From positions 1,184,001-1,248,000 of the forward strand of contig OZ240248.1 in assembly GCA_965198235.1 (NCBI GenBank): a stretch of 64,000 bases of DNA, in the 5' to 3' direction. The stretch is from Candidatus Poribacteria bacterium. GTDB lineage: Bacteria > Poribacteria > WGA-4E > WGA-3G. This document shows, piece by piece, positions 1 through 10,700 of this stretch (the stretch's first letter is position 1; each line of letters starts with the position of its first letter). Made by a program: the position numbers and the translations under genes. The notes below the pieces were generated by a model. That model worked only from the letters and a program-made list of their open reading frames with translations. It was not told where the DNA came from and ran no database searches.

Positions 1-1
1 C

Positions 2-403
2 GACGGAAATAATCCTGTCGTTTCGATCCGCGGCTTCCATCATCAGTTTGCATGCCCGCATTGTAATACCGAACGGCTTTTCAATAATAACATGCTTTCC
101 AGCATCGAGCGCAGGCACGGCGAGCGTATGATGTGCACTATGGAGGGCACAGATGTCAACGCACTCCAGATCGGGGTGCTTCGCCAACATCTCGTCAAGT
201 TCTGCGTAGACCGCTGGCTTCGTTCCGCCTTGGAACTCGTGCGCCTGATTTGCCCGTTCTTCAGCGCGTTCCACTGCGATGTCACACGCCGCCACAATTT
301 CAAAGTCCCTGATGCCTTTCGACCAGAGTTCGCGATACGCACCCATGTGTGCACCGGACATACCCCCGCATCCGACCAATCCCATTTTAATTCGTTCTGC
401 CAT
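2..403 (-). CDS. Gfo/Idh/MocA family oxidoreductase (3' end runs off the window)
   Basis: Not in the ORF track. Manual translation from ATG at 403 (AAGGAGG RBS at 409-415) gives MAERIKMGLVGCGGMSGAH...VDICALHSAHHTLAVPALDAGKHVIIEKPFG, with a Rossmann GxGG motif and the family EKP motif. Confidence 0.88.
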   Translation of the reverse strand, partial: MAERIKMGLVGCGGMSGAHMGAYRELWSKGIRDFEIVAACDIAVERAEERANQAHEFQGGTKPAVYAELDEMLAKHPDLECVDICALHSAHHTLAVPALDAGKHVIIEKPFGITMRACKLMMEAADRNDRIISV

Positions 404-696
404 GTAAGCCTCCTTATGTGTCCTCGTGATTCACGCGTGTCCAGCACGCGCCGACAAGTGAACATGCGAAATTATATGCGATACACTGTCTCATGTCAAC
501 ATTTTTATCTCTGGGTGGAGCCATTCAGTTTTCCCTTAATTTCGATCTCCCGTTGGCAGAGGCTTCACTTTAGGAATGACTCCGAATCGCGACCGGTAGG
601 AGGGAATTCCGATTCCCGACTGCTGACAACTGCATGCACCACCAAATGCTTGACTTAACATTCATATTCTGGTAGAATACCGCAATAAAGGAGGAA

Positions 697-1509
697 ATGG
701 CTATGCACACTACAGATACGAAATCTATCTATAGCATTAAGTGTCTCTTCATCGCAGTAGTGGTTTTGGCACTGCTCGGTGGTCCGTCTACAGAGGCAGA
801 GGTTGATAAACACACCGTCGCCGTCTGGCTCTTTGAGGAAGGTGCCGGCGATGTAGTGGAAGACGCTTCCGGCAACGGACACGATGGCGAATTCGCAGGG
901 AAACCTAAGTGGGTCAAGGCGAAGTTCGGAACAGGATTGGAATTTCCGGGCAATGACAGTGGATATGTCGTCGTCAAGTCCACCAAAAAACTGGAATTGG
1001 AAACACTCAGTATTGAAGCGTGGGTCAAAGTGGAGGAATCCACAGGTAAATGGCAGGGCATCGTCTGCAAACAACAGGCTGGATGCGGCAATCGAAACTA
1101 CGGTATCTGGGTTCATGTAGATAAGAGTGTTCTACATTCGGAAATTGGAGCAAATGGGGCATGTGGGTTTACTATAGATGCCACAACCGACATCACCGAC
1201 AATAAGTGGCATCATCTCGCCTTTACCTTTGATGGCAAAATGGGACGAGCTTATGTCGATGGTGAATTGGAAATCGAAGCACCCAATGGTACTACGTTTC
1301 AGAGTGCAGATCCGATTACGCTCGGCGTGCCGAATCTCAATAACGCAAACGGATTGAAGGGTATCATTGAAGAGATACGCATCTCCAATGTCGCACGAAC
1401 CGAAGCGGAAATTCAGGAAGCGATGGATGTCGGATTGGCCGCAATTCTCAACGTTGAACCCGGTGGTAAACTCGCAACCCGCTGGGCATACCTCAAACGG
1501 GCACCGTAA
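697..1509 (+). CDS. Secreted LamG/concanavalin A-like jellyroll protein
   Basis: Signal peptide; motifs W.FEEG.G...D.SGNG, SIEAWV, WHHLAFTFDG...YVDG; C-terminal VEPGGKLATRWAYLK; GGAGG RBS. Confidence 0.88.
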   Translation: MAMHTTDTKSIYSIKCLFIAVVVLALLGGPSTEAEVDKHTVAVWLFEEGAGDVVEDASGNGHDGEFAGKPKWVKAKFGTGLEFPGNDSGYVVVKSTKKLELETLSIEAWVKVEESTGKWQGIVCKQQAGCGNRNYGIWVHVDKSVLHSEIGANGACGFTIDATTDITDNKWHHLAFTFDGKMGRAYVDGELEIEAPNGTTFQSADPITLGVPNLNNANGLKGIIEEIRISNVARTEAEIQEAMDVGLAAILNVEPGGKLATRWAYLKRAP

Positions 1510-1546
1510 AAAAAAAGAGAATGGATTGAGAAAAATCCTTCTACTG

Positions 1547-1570
1547 CTGGCGAGGTTTCCTAACCTCGCC
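1547..1570. repeat. REP-like palindrome family A (GGCGAGGTT-N3/4-AACCTCGCC), representative copy
   Basis: Further copies at ~5871, 13187 (interrupted), 36008, 43988, 53190-53300 (three in tandem), 58508 and 62798. Confidence 0.85.
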
Positions 1571-1575
1571 CATTT

Positions 1576-1644
1576 ATGACACAATGGGTCGGTGCCGATT
1601 CTCCGTTCCACGCCCAATTCCGGGTCCTAACCTATCAGGCATTG
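1576..1644 (+). pseudogene. Relic 3' end of a paralog of the adjacent serine hydrolase
   Basis: Translates as MTQWVGADSPFHAQFRVLTYQAL, against MTQLIGDSPFHAQFRVLTYQSITD at the end of 1755..2933. Bounded on both sides by repeats. Confidence 0.8.
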
Positions 1645-1754
1645 TCCCGCAAGCCTCTATAGGCTTGCGCCCATGAATAACAGCAGTCAGCAGTCAGGTA
1701 GGGTTGCGTAGCAACCCTACCTGAAAGCCAACCGCTATTTTACAGGAGTTTTCA

Positions 1755-2933
1755 ATGACATTGTATGAAGGATTACCACGCGCAGTACCTGAAGATGTCG
1801 GTATGTCAACCTCGCGTTTAGCGCGCATTGCTCCGGTCATGCAACGCTGGGTTGACGATGGCAAAATCCCCGGTGCGTTAACGATGATCGCGCGTGAAGG
1901 TAGGCTTGTCCATTTTGAAAAGTTCGGTATGCAGGATGTTGCCACTGCAAGACCGCTGGAATTTGATACCATCTTCCGCATTTATTCAATGACGAAGCCG
2001 ATTACCAGCATCGCTGTGATGATGCTCTACGAAGAAGGGCATTTTCAACTCGGCACCCCTGTCTCCGAATTAATTCCCGCTTTCAAGGACATGCAGGTTT
2101 ACACTGAGGGCGGCGAGAATATTGTTGATGCAGAACGCGAGATGACAGTAAAGCATCTGCTGACGCACACTGCTGGGCTTATCTATGGTGGGGACGGGGA
2201 GCACCCGATTCATCAGCGATATAAAGAGGCGAATTTCTACGGTGGGGACCTCGCAAATATGGCGCAAGAGCTTGGGAATATCCCATTAGCATACCACCCC
2301 GGTGCTTCGTGGAGTTACGGCATGTCTACCGACGTACTCGGCTATCTTGTGGAAGTCGTCTCTGGAATGCCGTTTGAGGAATTTCTGAAAACCCAGATTT
2401 TGGATCCGTTGGGAATAGCGGACACTGCTTTCTCGGTGCCGGACGAAAAGGCGGATCGGTACCCGACGTTATATGAACCTGCCGAGGACGGTGGTATTCA
2501 GGTGATTGAGGACGCGCCTGTTTCCAGCGGACCGCGCAGCTTTTTCCATTCCGGGGGTGCTGGACTACAGTCAACCGCCGCGGATTACCTCCGTTTCTGC
2601 CAAATGCTACTCAACGATGGTGAACTTGATGGCGTTCGGTTGCTTGGAAGGAAAACCGTCGAACTCATCAGAATAAATCATATCTCTGACGATTGGCAAC
2701 CGCTTGAGAGAACAGGATGCGGTTTCGGACTTGGATTCGCTGTCGTTACCGATGTCGCTGAGACCCACGCTCCCGGTTCTGAAGGCACGTACAGTTGGGG
2801 CGGGCTTGCAAGTACAACATTTTGGATTGATCCTGTCGAAGATTTAATCGGTATCCTCATGACGCAACTGATAGGCGATTCCCCGTTCCACGCCCAATTC
2901 CGCGTTCTAACCTATCAGTCAATTACCGATTAA
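1755..2933 (+). CDS. Serine hydrolase, beta-lactamase (class C-like) family
   Basis: FRIYSMTK (SxxK), HLLTHTAG, PG..WSY, SGGAGL.ST..DY.RF, WGG...T.FWIDP. Confidence 0.92.
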   Translation: MTLYEGLPRAVPEDVGMSTSRLARIAPVMQRWVDDGKIPGALTMIAREGRLVHFEKFGMQDVATARPLEFDTIFRIYSMTKPITSIAVMMLYEEGHFQLGTPVSELIPAFKDMQVYTEGGENIVDAEREMTVKHLLTHTAGLIYGGDGEHPIHQRYKEANFYGGDLANMAQELGNIPLAYHPGASWSYGMSTDVLGYLVEVVSGMPFEEFLKTQILDPLGIADTAFSVPDEKADRYPTLYEPAEDGGIQVIEDAPVSSGPRSFFHSGGAGLQSTAADYLRFCQMLLNDGELDGVRLLGRKTVELIRINHISDDWQPLERTGCGFGLGFAVVTDVAETHAPGSEGTYSWGGLASTTFWIDPVEDLIGILMTQLIGDSPFHAQFRVLTYQSITD

Positions 2934-3153
2934 ATCTGTGGGTGCTGTTCCATTCCCCGTAAGTGCGGTTTGATGAGGTTTCAGAAAATACTTCGGTCAT
3001 CCTATGTTTTCCTTAGGCACGGTAGTTGCGGTTTCCAACCGCACCGGGCATCGTTTGGAAATTACCGAATTAAATTTTTAATCTTCATCTAACCCCGCCC
3101 ATGTATGGGGTTAATTATTGGCTTTACTATAAAATCTGAAAGGAGAAAGAACT

Positions 3154-3765
3154 ATGAAGATTGCGGTCGTAACCGGTGAACACGGGTTTCAGGAGAAACA
3201 GTTTGACGCGGTTTTTGAGAGTATGGAGGGGGTTCAATTCGTCCGAGAAGATCTGGACGATTTTGTAGACGACCCAAGCCAAAAGGACTATAATACCGTC
3301 GTCTTTTACAACTTTCACCGTCCCTATCCGACGGATGCGCAAGCGCAGGCTATCCTCGGTTTAACGGAACGTGGACAGGGCATGGTAATTCTGCATCACG
3401 CCATCTTAGCGTTTCCAGAATGGGATGCCTATTCTGAAATGTGCGGTATCCATGAACGCGGTTTTGGATACTATCCTCGGCAAACGCTACAGGTGCAAAT
3501 CGCTGATGCGACACACCCAATCACAGAAGATCTCACCGAATGGGAGATGGGTGACGAAACCTATACCATGAAATCCGCTGGCGATGATAGCTCGATCCTG
3601 TTGACTGTCGATCATCCGAACAGCATGGATGTGTTGGGATGGGCACGTGAATACGGCAATTCTCGCGTCTTCTGTTTCCAGAGTGGACACGACGACGTTA
3701 CCTTTTCTAATCCGAACTTCCGAGAGGTACTGAGGCGCGGCATTCGCTGGTGCGCCAAAGCATAA
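3154..3765 (+). CDS. ThuA-like domain protein (class I glutamine amidotransferase-like fold)
   Basis: GMVILHHA, HPITEDL, DETY, W.REYGNSRVF...GHD, F..PNFR..LRRGIRW; AAGGAG RBS. Confidence 0.85.
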   Translation: MKIAVVTGEHGFQEKQFDAVFESMEGVQFVREDLDDFVDDPSQKDYNTVVFYNFHRPYPTDAQAQAILGLTERGQGMVILHHAILAFPEWDAYSEMCGIHERGFGYYPRQTLQVQIADATHPITEDLTEWEMGDETYTMKSAGDDSSILLTVDHPNSMDVLGWAREYGNSRVFCFQSGHDDVTFSNPNFREVLRRGIRWCAKA

Positions 3766-3780
3766 GAGAAGGGGAGAACA

Positions 3781-4911
3781 ATGACTGGCATTTTGGTGCT
3801 CTGTCGATCCAGAGGAACTTGGAGGCGCGCGCTCCGTATTGGAATAAGTTGTGTTCTTTTCGGACTTTCAACGATACTCGCAAACGCAGATGGAGAGAAA
3901 ACGATGGCACATACAACGTATTCAGTAGCCGTAGAAACAGTAAGTGCCCTTGGGTCAAAATACCAAGTTTACTACATCCAGCAAGATGGAAAAGCTGTCG
4001 CTGAGATCGTGCCCGCACTTGGTAATAACTGCTACGCCTTTAAGGTCGCAGCTGGGGATACTTGGTTGAACCTGATAGATGAACCACCGGATCTCGCCAC
4101 CTTGGAGGAACGTCCGACCGCTTACGGCAATCCGATTCTGTTTCCCTTCCCCAATCGAATCCGGAACGGCAAATGGCAATTTGAGGGAGAAACCTATCAG
4201 TTTGACAAAGCACCCGACTCTCCAACAACAATCCACGGTTTGTTGTTGAATCTACCGTATCAGGTTGAAAGCCATGTCGCCGATGAAAACCGAGCAACGC
4301 TCGTATGCTCACTTAACTCTCAAGATTTTCCCGATGTTGGTCGCCAGTATCCGTTCCCTTTTAGAATTGAGATTACCTATACCCTCAAAGATACCGTGCT
4401 AACGATGGGGATTGCTATCAAAAATACGGGTGACCGGAATATGCCTGTTGGGTTCGGTATCCACCCCTATTTTAGCGTAGACCTCGGCACTGAGGCGAAT
4501 GCAGCCGAAGCGATAATTACCGTACCTGCCGCTAAGTATTGGGAATTGGACGAGGTCCTCGTGCCAACGGGTACACAGCACGATGTCGCTGACACACTGG
4601 ATCTCCAAAATGGACAGCCGTTCGCGAAACTGAAACTCGACCATGTCTTTACGGACGTTCAATTGGTTGATGGCGTAAGTCGATGCCTCATTGAGAACCG
4701 AGATACCGGATACGGCATGGTGATGGAATCGGATGCACAGTTCAGGGAGCTCGTTGTCTATACGCCGCCTGATAGGAATGCTATCTGTTTTGAGCCTTAC
4801 ACCTGCCCGACGGATGCCATCAATTTAGAGGCGAGGGATATCCCAGCAGGTGTGATTGTGCTTGCCCCTGATGAAATGTTCTCTGGAACCGTTCGCTTTA
4901 TGCTGCAATGA
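3781..4911 (+). CDS. Aldose 1-epimerase family protein (alternative start ATG 3904)
   Basis: LFPFPNRI.NG, IHG, YPFPF, GFGIHPYF, LDHVF, ICFEPYT. Confidence 0.9.
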   Translation: MTGILVLCRSRGTWRRALRIGISCVLFGLSTILANADGEKTMAHTTYSVAVETVSALGSKYQVYYIQQDGKAVAEIVPALGNNCYAFKVAAGDTWLNLIDEPPDLATLEERPTAYGNPILFPFPNRIRNGKWQFEGETYQFDKAPDSPTTIHGLLLNLPYQVESHVADENRATLVCSLNSQDFPDVGRQYPFPFRIEITYTLKDTVLTMGIAIKNTGDRNMPVGFGIHPYFSVDLGTEANAAEAIITVPAAKYWELDEVLVPTGTQHDVADTLDLQNGQPFAKLKLDHVFTDVQLVDGVSRCLIENRDTGYGMVMESDAQFRELVVYTPPDRNAICFEPYTCPTDAINLEARDIPAGVIVLAPDEMFSGTVRFMLQ

Positions 4912-5867
4912 AAGTTATCGCACTGCTGATTTTTTCGATTTTGCTTCTAACCGCGCAGCCGTCTATGGCAATCCGAGAGGGCACAACGACCGCTAAGGTC
5001 TTTATCAAACGCTACGCGCAGTCCGGCGATTTTGGTAGACTTGCCCTCTGGCACGAAGCCGCCGCAGAATGTCTCACGCGCATCTCTGTTCCGATGAACG
5101 AGATTGCACACGCTTATTATATACGGCACGGATACGAGCAGTGGGCAGCACGCGCTGAAAAAGAGGCGAGTGAGATTCAGAAACAGCACCAATATCACCT
5201 CACTCGCGCCGAGATTGCTTGGCAAAAATTTGTGGGAGGGGTGTTTTTGCTTGGGTGTTTCCCTAGTAACCCCGATGCTTTTTCGGTGCTGGATGCTGAA
5301 CGCCGAAATATCGAAAAATTTATCGCAACGTGGCTACCGCGCTACCCAAATCGGTTTTACGAATTTGGTATCTATCCCACCTTTTTCAGGAAACAGCGGG
5401 AGTTGGCAGAGCAGGAGGGGAGTTACGCCAAAGTCTTGCGTCTCGAAGCAGATGCCGCGGAGATGTGTGCCGCGCAGTATCAACAAATTCCAATCGTCCA
5501 TGGACTTAAGCGTTATGAAAAATTTCGGGATGCCTATCTCCGACATGCAATACACCTTCGCGAACTCGCAAAGCAAAATCCAATGACGTTACCACCAGCG
5601 ATAGACAAAGGCAAACAGATATTGGGTTCATTGAAAACTCAGAGGCTCCCTTCTCAGCAAAAAGCAGACGCTGTCATTCAGATCGCAAAATCGGATGCGC
5701 GAGTGAAAACAACTTTAGTCGGTCAAAACGGAGTTCACGCATATCCGTCATTTCAAGGGTTCGCGTGGATAGTGAGTTTCTCGAATCACAGTCGCGGGAA
5801 CCTTGCTACTGCAGTTATTGATGGTAAAACTGCCACGGTGTTGAATGTATTTTCCCCTGTGAAATAG
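4908..5867 (+). CDS. Hypothetical exported helical protein carrying an in-frame repeat insertion
   Basis: Signal peptide; ATGA overlap with the upstream stop; residues VGGVFLLGCFPSNPD are encoded by a REP plus an insert at 5232-5276. Confidence 0.7.
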   Translation: MKVIALLIFSILLLTAQPSMAIREGTTTAKVFIKRYAQSGDFGRLALWHEAAAECLTRISVPMNEIAHAYYIRHGYEQWAARAEKEASEIQKQHQYHLTRAEIAWQKFVGGVFLLGCFPSNPDAFSVLDAERRNIEKFIATWLPRYPNRFYEFGIYPTFFRKQRELAEQEGSYAKVLRLEADAAEMCAAQYQQIPIVHGLKRYEKFRDAYLRHAIHLRELAKQNPMTLPPAIDKGKQILGSLKTQRLPSQQKADAVIQIAKSDARVKTTLVGQNGVHAYPSFQGFAWIVSFSNHSRGNLATAVIDGKTATVLNVFSPVK

Positions 5868-6089
5868 GTAGGCGAGGTTTGTAACCTCGCCGGGCTTCCG
5901 TTCAATATCTCACTGTAGGAGGGATCTCCGAATCCCGACATCTGATCGCTGCCTCCACGCTGGCGGGGCTTCCGAACCTCACCTCTTTCAATCCTGTCGA
6001 TCCTGTGAATTGTGATTCTGACAATTAAAACCCTACACGCTCTATTAATGATAACTGAAACCGAAAACTATAGTGCCTCGTTTTTTGGG

Positions 6090-6118
6090 TTGACAATAGT
6101 TTCTAACTATGAAATAAT
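6090..6118 (+). promoter_or_regulatory. sigma70-like promoter
   Basis: TTGACA-17 nt-AATAAT; a very similar copy lies at 7681-7709. Confidence 0.6.
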
Positions 6119-6313
6119 GGGCAACGATTAATTTTTCACATCAAAACGTTGTCTTAAAGTGCTTGGTCTCTAAAGCGGTTTTAGGGTATCAATAGGAGCT
6201 TAATGCAAAATTTGCTCTCTCTGACGACAACGAATCTGGTTTAAGGGCGATTTTTTTAATTGACCCGCCTGAACGTTTCATATGGAAATAGTTAAGAATA
6301 AAGGAGATTCAAC

Positions 6314-7486
6314 ATGAACGTAAGAAGGATCATAACATTCGCGTTTGTATTCGCGATTGTTGCTTTGACTGTCGGGCTTTCCGGTTGCGAAAAGATCGCT
6401 CCGATGGTGCCTGACGACAAAACGACAATGCCTGAAATGATGGATGGAGAGATTCCCATTGGTGTCGCCGTAGCACTGACAGGGGAATACGCCGAACCGT
6501 ATGGGCTCCCAATGCAACGTGGTCTTGACTTGGCAAGAGAAGATATTAATATGCTCGGCGGTCCAAGCCTCACGTTCGTCCCTGTGGACGCTCAAAGCAC
6601 TGTGGAGGGCGGGATTGCAGCTGTCGAGGAATTGGTGAATCAAGGCGTACCTGCCATCGTCGGGATTGGTATCTCAACACACCTCGAACAGGCTTTTCCG
6701 ATCGCACAAGAGAATGGGGTGGTCGCTTTTAGCCCGATCTCCTCCGCTTCGGGTTTGAGCGCACTTGGGGATTATATCTTCCGCACCGGTCTCACTGTAA
6801 GTGTACTCAATTCGAATGGTGCGATGGTGGCTCACGAGCAACTTGGCTATAAAAAAGCGGCACTGATATATGATGCCGCGGATACCTACTCCACAAGTAG
6901 CAACGAGGCATTTGAGAAAACGCTCGAGGCGATCGGTGTTGAGATTCTGACGGTGGAAACCTTCCAAACCGGCGATACCGATTTTTCTGCGCAACTCACC
7001 AATATAATGGGTATGGTGCCTGATACCCTCTTTATCTCTGCTCTGGTACCGGAGATGATTCAGATTATCACTCAGGCGCGATCACCGGAAATCGGTATCC
7101 CCGATGCTGTTCGCCTTATTGTTCCTGATTTAACTGCGAAAGAGATCCAAGAAGTGGGCGACGCTGCCGAAGGGGCGATAACTTTTTCTGGGTGGTTTGG
7201 TATGGCTGACACACCCGGAAACCAAGCCTTCGTTCAGAACTATGAAGCGGAATACGGTATTGAACCTGGACCGTGGGCGGCACAGGCGTATGCGACCCTC
7301 CATATTCTCGCTAATGCGATTATGAATGCGCAATCGACAGATTCTGCTGCGATTCGGGATGCCCTGGTGCAGACGATGGATTTCTCCACGATTTTAGGCG
7401 ATTTCTCTTTCGACCCCGACGGCGAGGCGGTATATGACCCGATTGTGTTTATCGTCAAGGACGGCGAACTTCAGCTCTTTGAGTAA
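6314..7486 (+). CDS. Branched-chain amino acid-type ABC substrate-binding lipoprotein (LivJ/K family)
   Basis: Lipobox LSGC; IGVAVALTG..A.YG, YIFRT, GDTDFSAQLT, A.AY, G.FSFD..GE. No permease genes adjacent. Confidence 0.9.
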   Translation: MNVRRIITFAFVFAIVALTVGLSGCEKIAPMVPDDKTTMPEMMDGEIPIGVAVALTGEYAEPYGLPMQRGLDLAREDINMLGGPSLTFVPVDAQSTVEGGIAAVEELVNQGVPAIVGIGISTHLEQAFPIAQENGVVAFSPISSASGLSALGDYIFRTGLTVSVLNSNGAMVAHEQLGYKKAALIYDAADTYSTSSNEAFEKTLEAIGVEILTVETFQTGDTDFSAQLTNIMGMVPDTLFISALVPEMIQIITQARSPEIGIPDAVRLIVPDLTAKEIQEVGDAAEGAITFSGWFGMADTPGNQAFVQNYEAEYGIEPGPWAAQAYATLHILANAIMNAQSTDSAAIRDALVQTMDFSTILGDFSFDPDGEAVYDPIVFIVKDGELQLFE

Positions 7487-7512
7487 CCCCCACCGTTGGA
7501 TGGACATAACCG

Positions 7513-7556
7513 GAGCCTGTCATCAGCCATTCACTGATGGCAGGCTCTTTCATTTT
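7513..7556 (+). terminator. Intrinsic terminator
   Basis: GAGCCTGTCATCAG/CTGATGGCAGGCTC stem followed by TTTCATTTT. Confidence 0.75.
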
Positions 7557-7680
7557 ATAGTCAAGCCCGAAAATATGTAGACAGTTGTTCAGCGAGCGAA
7601 CCCCCACACCTCGCTTCGTCCCCAACCATTCCAATTTGAAGCATAGGGGCTTGGCGTGAAGACTGATAAAATTTTTGGAG

Positions 7681-7709
7681 TTGACAATAACATCCAACTA
7701 TGAAATAAT
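7681..7709 (+). promoter_or_regulatory. sigma70-like promoter of the S8 protease gene
   Basis: TTGACA-17 nt-AATAAT. Confidence 0.6.
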
Positions 7710-7768
7710 AAGCAGGAGGTGAGTTCTTCACGCCGAGACAGCCGATCGCTAACACGCCGATAGCCATT

Positions 7769-10700
7769 ATGAAATACTTAAGAATTTTATTCATAGGCAT
7801 CCTGCTTTTAAGTGTAGTCTGCACCGAATCTGCTCCAGAGAACTTGCCATTCGCGGCCATCGCTTCCCAAATCACGCCCGGTGAGTTGCTAATCCGTTTG
7901 ACGCCTGATGCTGCATCGGATGTCGAGCGGTTGCACGCGAACGCTCCAATCTCCATCTTGCACGTCCAGCATAAGGTTGAGTCCTTACACCCGCTGTTTC
8001 CGTACCTCGCGCGCCCATCACTGAATCCTAACCTGAAGCGTATCTATCTGTTAAGATTTGCCCCTGATGCACCTCTCGAGGATCTCAAGGCTGTCTATGA
8101 ACAGAGTCCACTCATTGAGGCTGTCGAGTATAACTACCTCCGTCCAACGCTTGCAGACACGGTCGTTCCCAATGATCCGATGTATCCTGAACAGTGGAGC
8201 CTACCGCTGATGAAGTTACCGCAGGCGTGGGCAATCGAAAAAGGCGACAGGAACGTTGTAATCGCCATTATTGATTCCGGGATCGATTATAGGCACGATG
8301 ATTTAGCACCCAAGGCGTGGATAAACCCGGGCGAGATCCCTGAAAACGGATTAGACGATGATGGCAACGGTTACGTCGATGATGTTTATGGTTGGGATTT
8401 TACCGATGCACCTAATTTACAAGCAGAGGGTGATTACCTTGAAGGCGATAACGAACCGATTGATGAAAAAGGACACGGCACGCACGTCGCTGGTATCGCC
8501 GGTGCTATGCCTGATAACGGGATCGGGATCGCCGGAGTCGCGTGGGAATGTCCCCTCATGGCAATACGCGCTGGACTCTCACTCGGTGGGAGTTCCCGAA
8601 TGCAGGATGATGACTCCGCCGCAGCGATGGTCTATGCGGTTGACAATGGCGCAAGCGTTGTCAACATGAGTTGGGGTAGTGAGCGTCGCTCTTTCGTTAT
8701 TCAGGACGCAATTGATTATGCTTATGCACGGGGTGCCATATTGGTTGCCGCTGCTGGCAATTCTCAGAAACCTGCCGCAATTTTTCCCGCGGGCTATCGG
8801 AAAGTCATTGCTGTCGCATCTACTGAACAGAATCAACAACGATTTTACCAATCTAATTTCGGCGCGTCTGTAGACATCGGTGCTCCCGGCAACGTAATTC
8901 TCAGCACACAGATTAATAACCAATATCGACTCCTCACGGGTACGTCGATGGCGTCGCCACACGTGGCTGGCGTTGCAGCGTTAATCCTCGCCAAACGTCC
9001 CGCGCTGACGCATGAAGAGGTACGACACATACTCATTAGCACCGCTGATCCTGTCTATCAAGAGGATAGCGATGCAGTGGATGAGAGATTTGTAGGAGCG
9101 GGTACTGTCAATGCCGAACGCGCACTCTTCGCAAGCGGCGCATTGCAGGCACGTATCCTCGCGCCTGAAACCAATAGCGGCGGCGCAGATTCAATTACCG
9201 TCGTCGGGACCGCAGGCGGCTATAAATTCCACGCTTGGCAGCTCAGTTATGGCGAATCTACAGTCCCAATCGAGTTTACGCCTTTTACACAATCTTCCAT
9301 CACACAGAAAATCGATGAAACGTTGGCTGTTTGGGATACCACAACGGTTCCAGAGGGGATTTACACCGTCCGTTTAACAACAACAGCCACGGATGGGCAA
9401 CAGATGCACGACCAGGTCGTGTTGAGTGTAGACCGGACACCCCCTCAAATTATCTCCCTTACCGCAACGGACACACTTTACGGCGAGCGACCCCTTACAA
9501 TTTTTACATGGGCAACGGATGATGTCACCCAGAATACACTCTATTACCGGCGAAAGGGAAGTCTCGCTCCTTTTGCCCCTATTGAGACAACCAATCTCGG
9601 AGTAGAGCATTTCCTATTTTTAGGTTTGGAGCGCGGAACTTACCAGTTTTTTGTTGAAGCAGAGAATACGACAAACCTCAAGACGAGAGAGGATAACGGC
9701 GGAGCGTCTTATACGACTGACATTGTTGCCGGATATATCTCGCCAAGCGGATTCACTGAAAAATCTCTTGATATTCCACCGCTCCACATCGCGAGCGTCA
9801 CCGCAGACTTCGACAGAGACGGTCAGCTTGAGATCGTCGGGAGTCCGTTGTCCTCGGAAACTCTCGATGCCGAGTTGCAGGCTGCTATCCTCGCGGTCTA
9901 TGAACGTCTCCCAAGCGGAAGATATGAATTGGCACATACCCTTGAGAGTGTGGAGGGGCTCTCTAATCTCGAAAAATTCGTTACGTGGACGGTAGATGAC
10001 ACTGATAACGACGGTTTGCTCGAAATACTGGCTACCGACGATGCGAGAACCTTCCTCATTGAGAGTCTTATACCGCGTGGGTACCCACACCAGATCATCT
10101 GGGAAACCCCATTTCTCTCCGGTGGCACGATCGCTGATATGGATGGTGATGGACAAAAGGAAATTATCGGCGCCGATAACAACAACGACCGACTCCTCAT
10201 TTTTGAATACGACAATGCCACAAGGACCTATGTTGAGAGGGCTATCTTGATTAACGAATCCCCCGGCTCTAATGTATTCGCCCAACGCTTCGCTATTAAC
10301 GATTTTGATGGTGATGGAAGCATGGAACTCGTAGCGGCGGATAGCGAAGGAGATCTTTTCGTTTATGAATCTACCTCTATCCGCAACACCTTCCGCCTTG
10401 AATGGCAAACGCAACTTCCACTTAAGGACATCACGCAACTCACGGCAGGGGATCTCACCGGTGATGGCGTGCCTGAGTTTGTTGTTGGTGGTTTACTATC
10501 GCTACCCGACAACCCTTCGGGACCACTAATCTGGAAGTTTTTCGTCTTTACGCACACGTCACGGGGATACGCGTTGCTCTCAGACGGAGCGCGTAATGCG
10601 ACTGTCGCGATCGCACCGCACCGGCGAAATGGGAACAGTCTCGCAATCGCAGACTTAGAAGGTGATGGTCACAATAAGTTGGTCATCGCTACGTATCCGA

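Noticed and set aside
92-658. 188-aa plus-strand ORF
   Set aside because: The minus-strand Gfo/Idh/MocA frame with a strong RBS explains the region.
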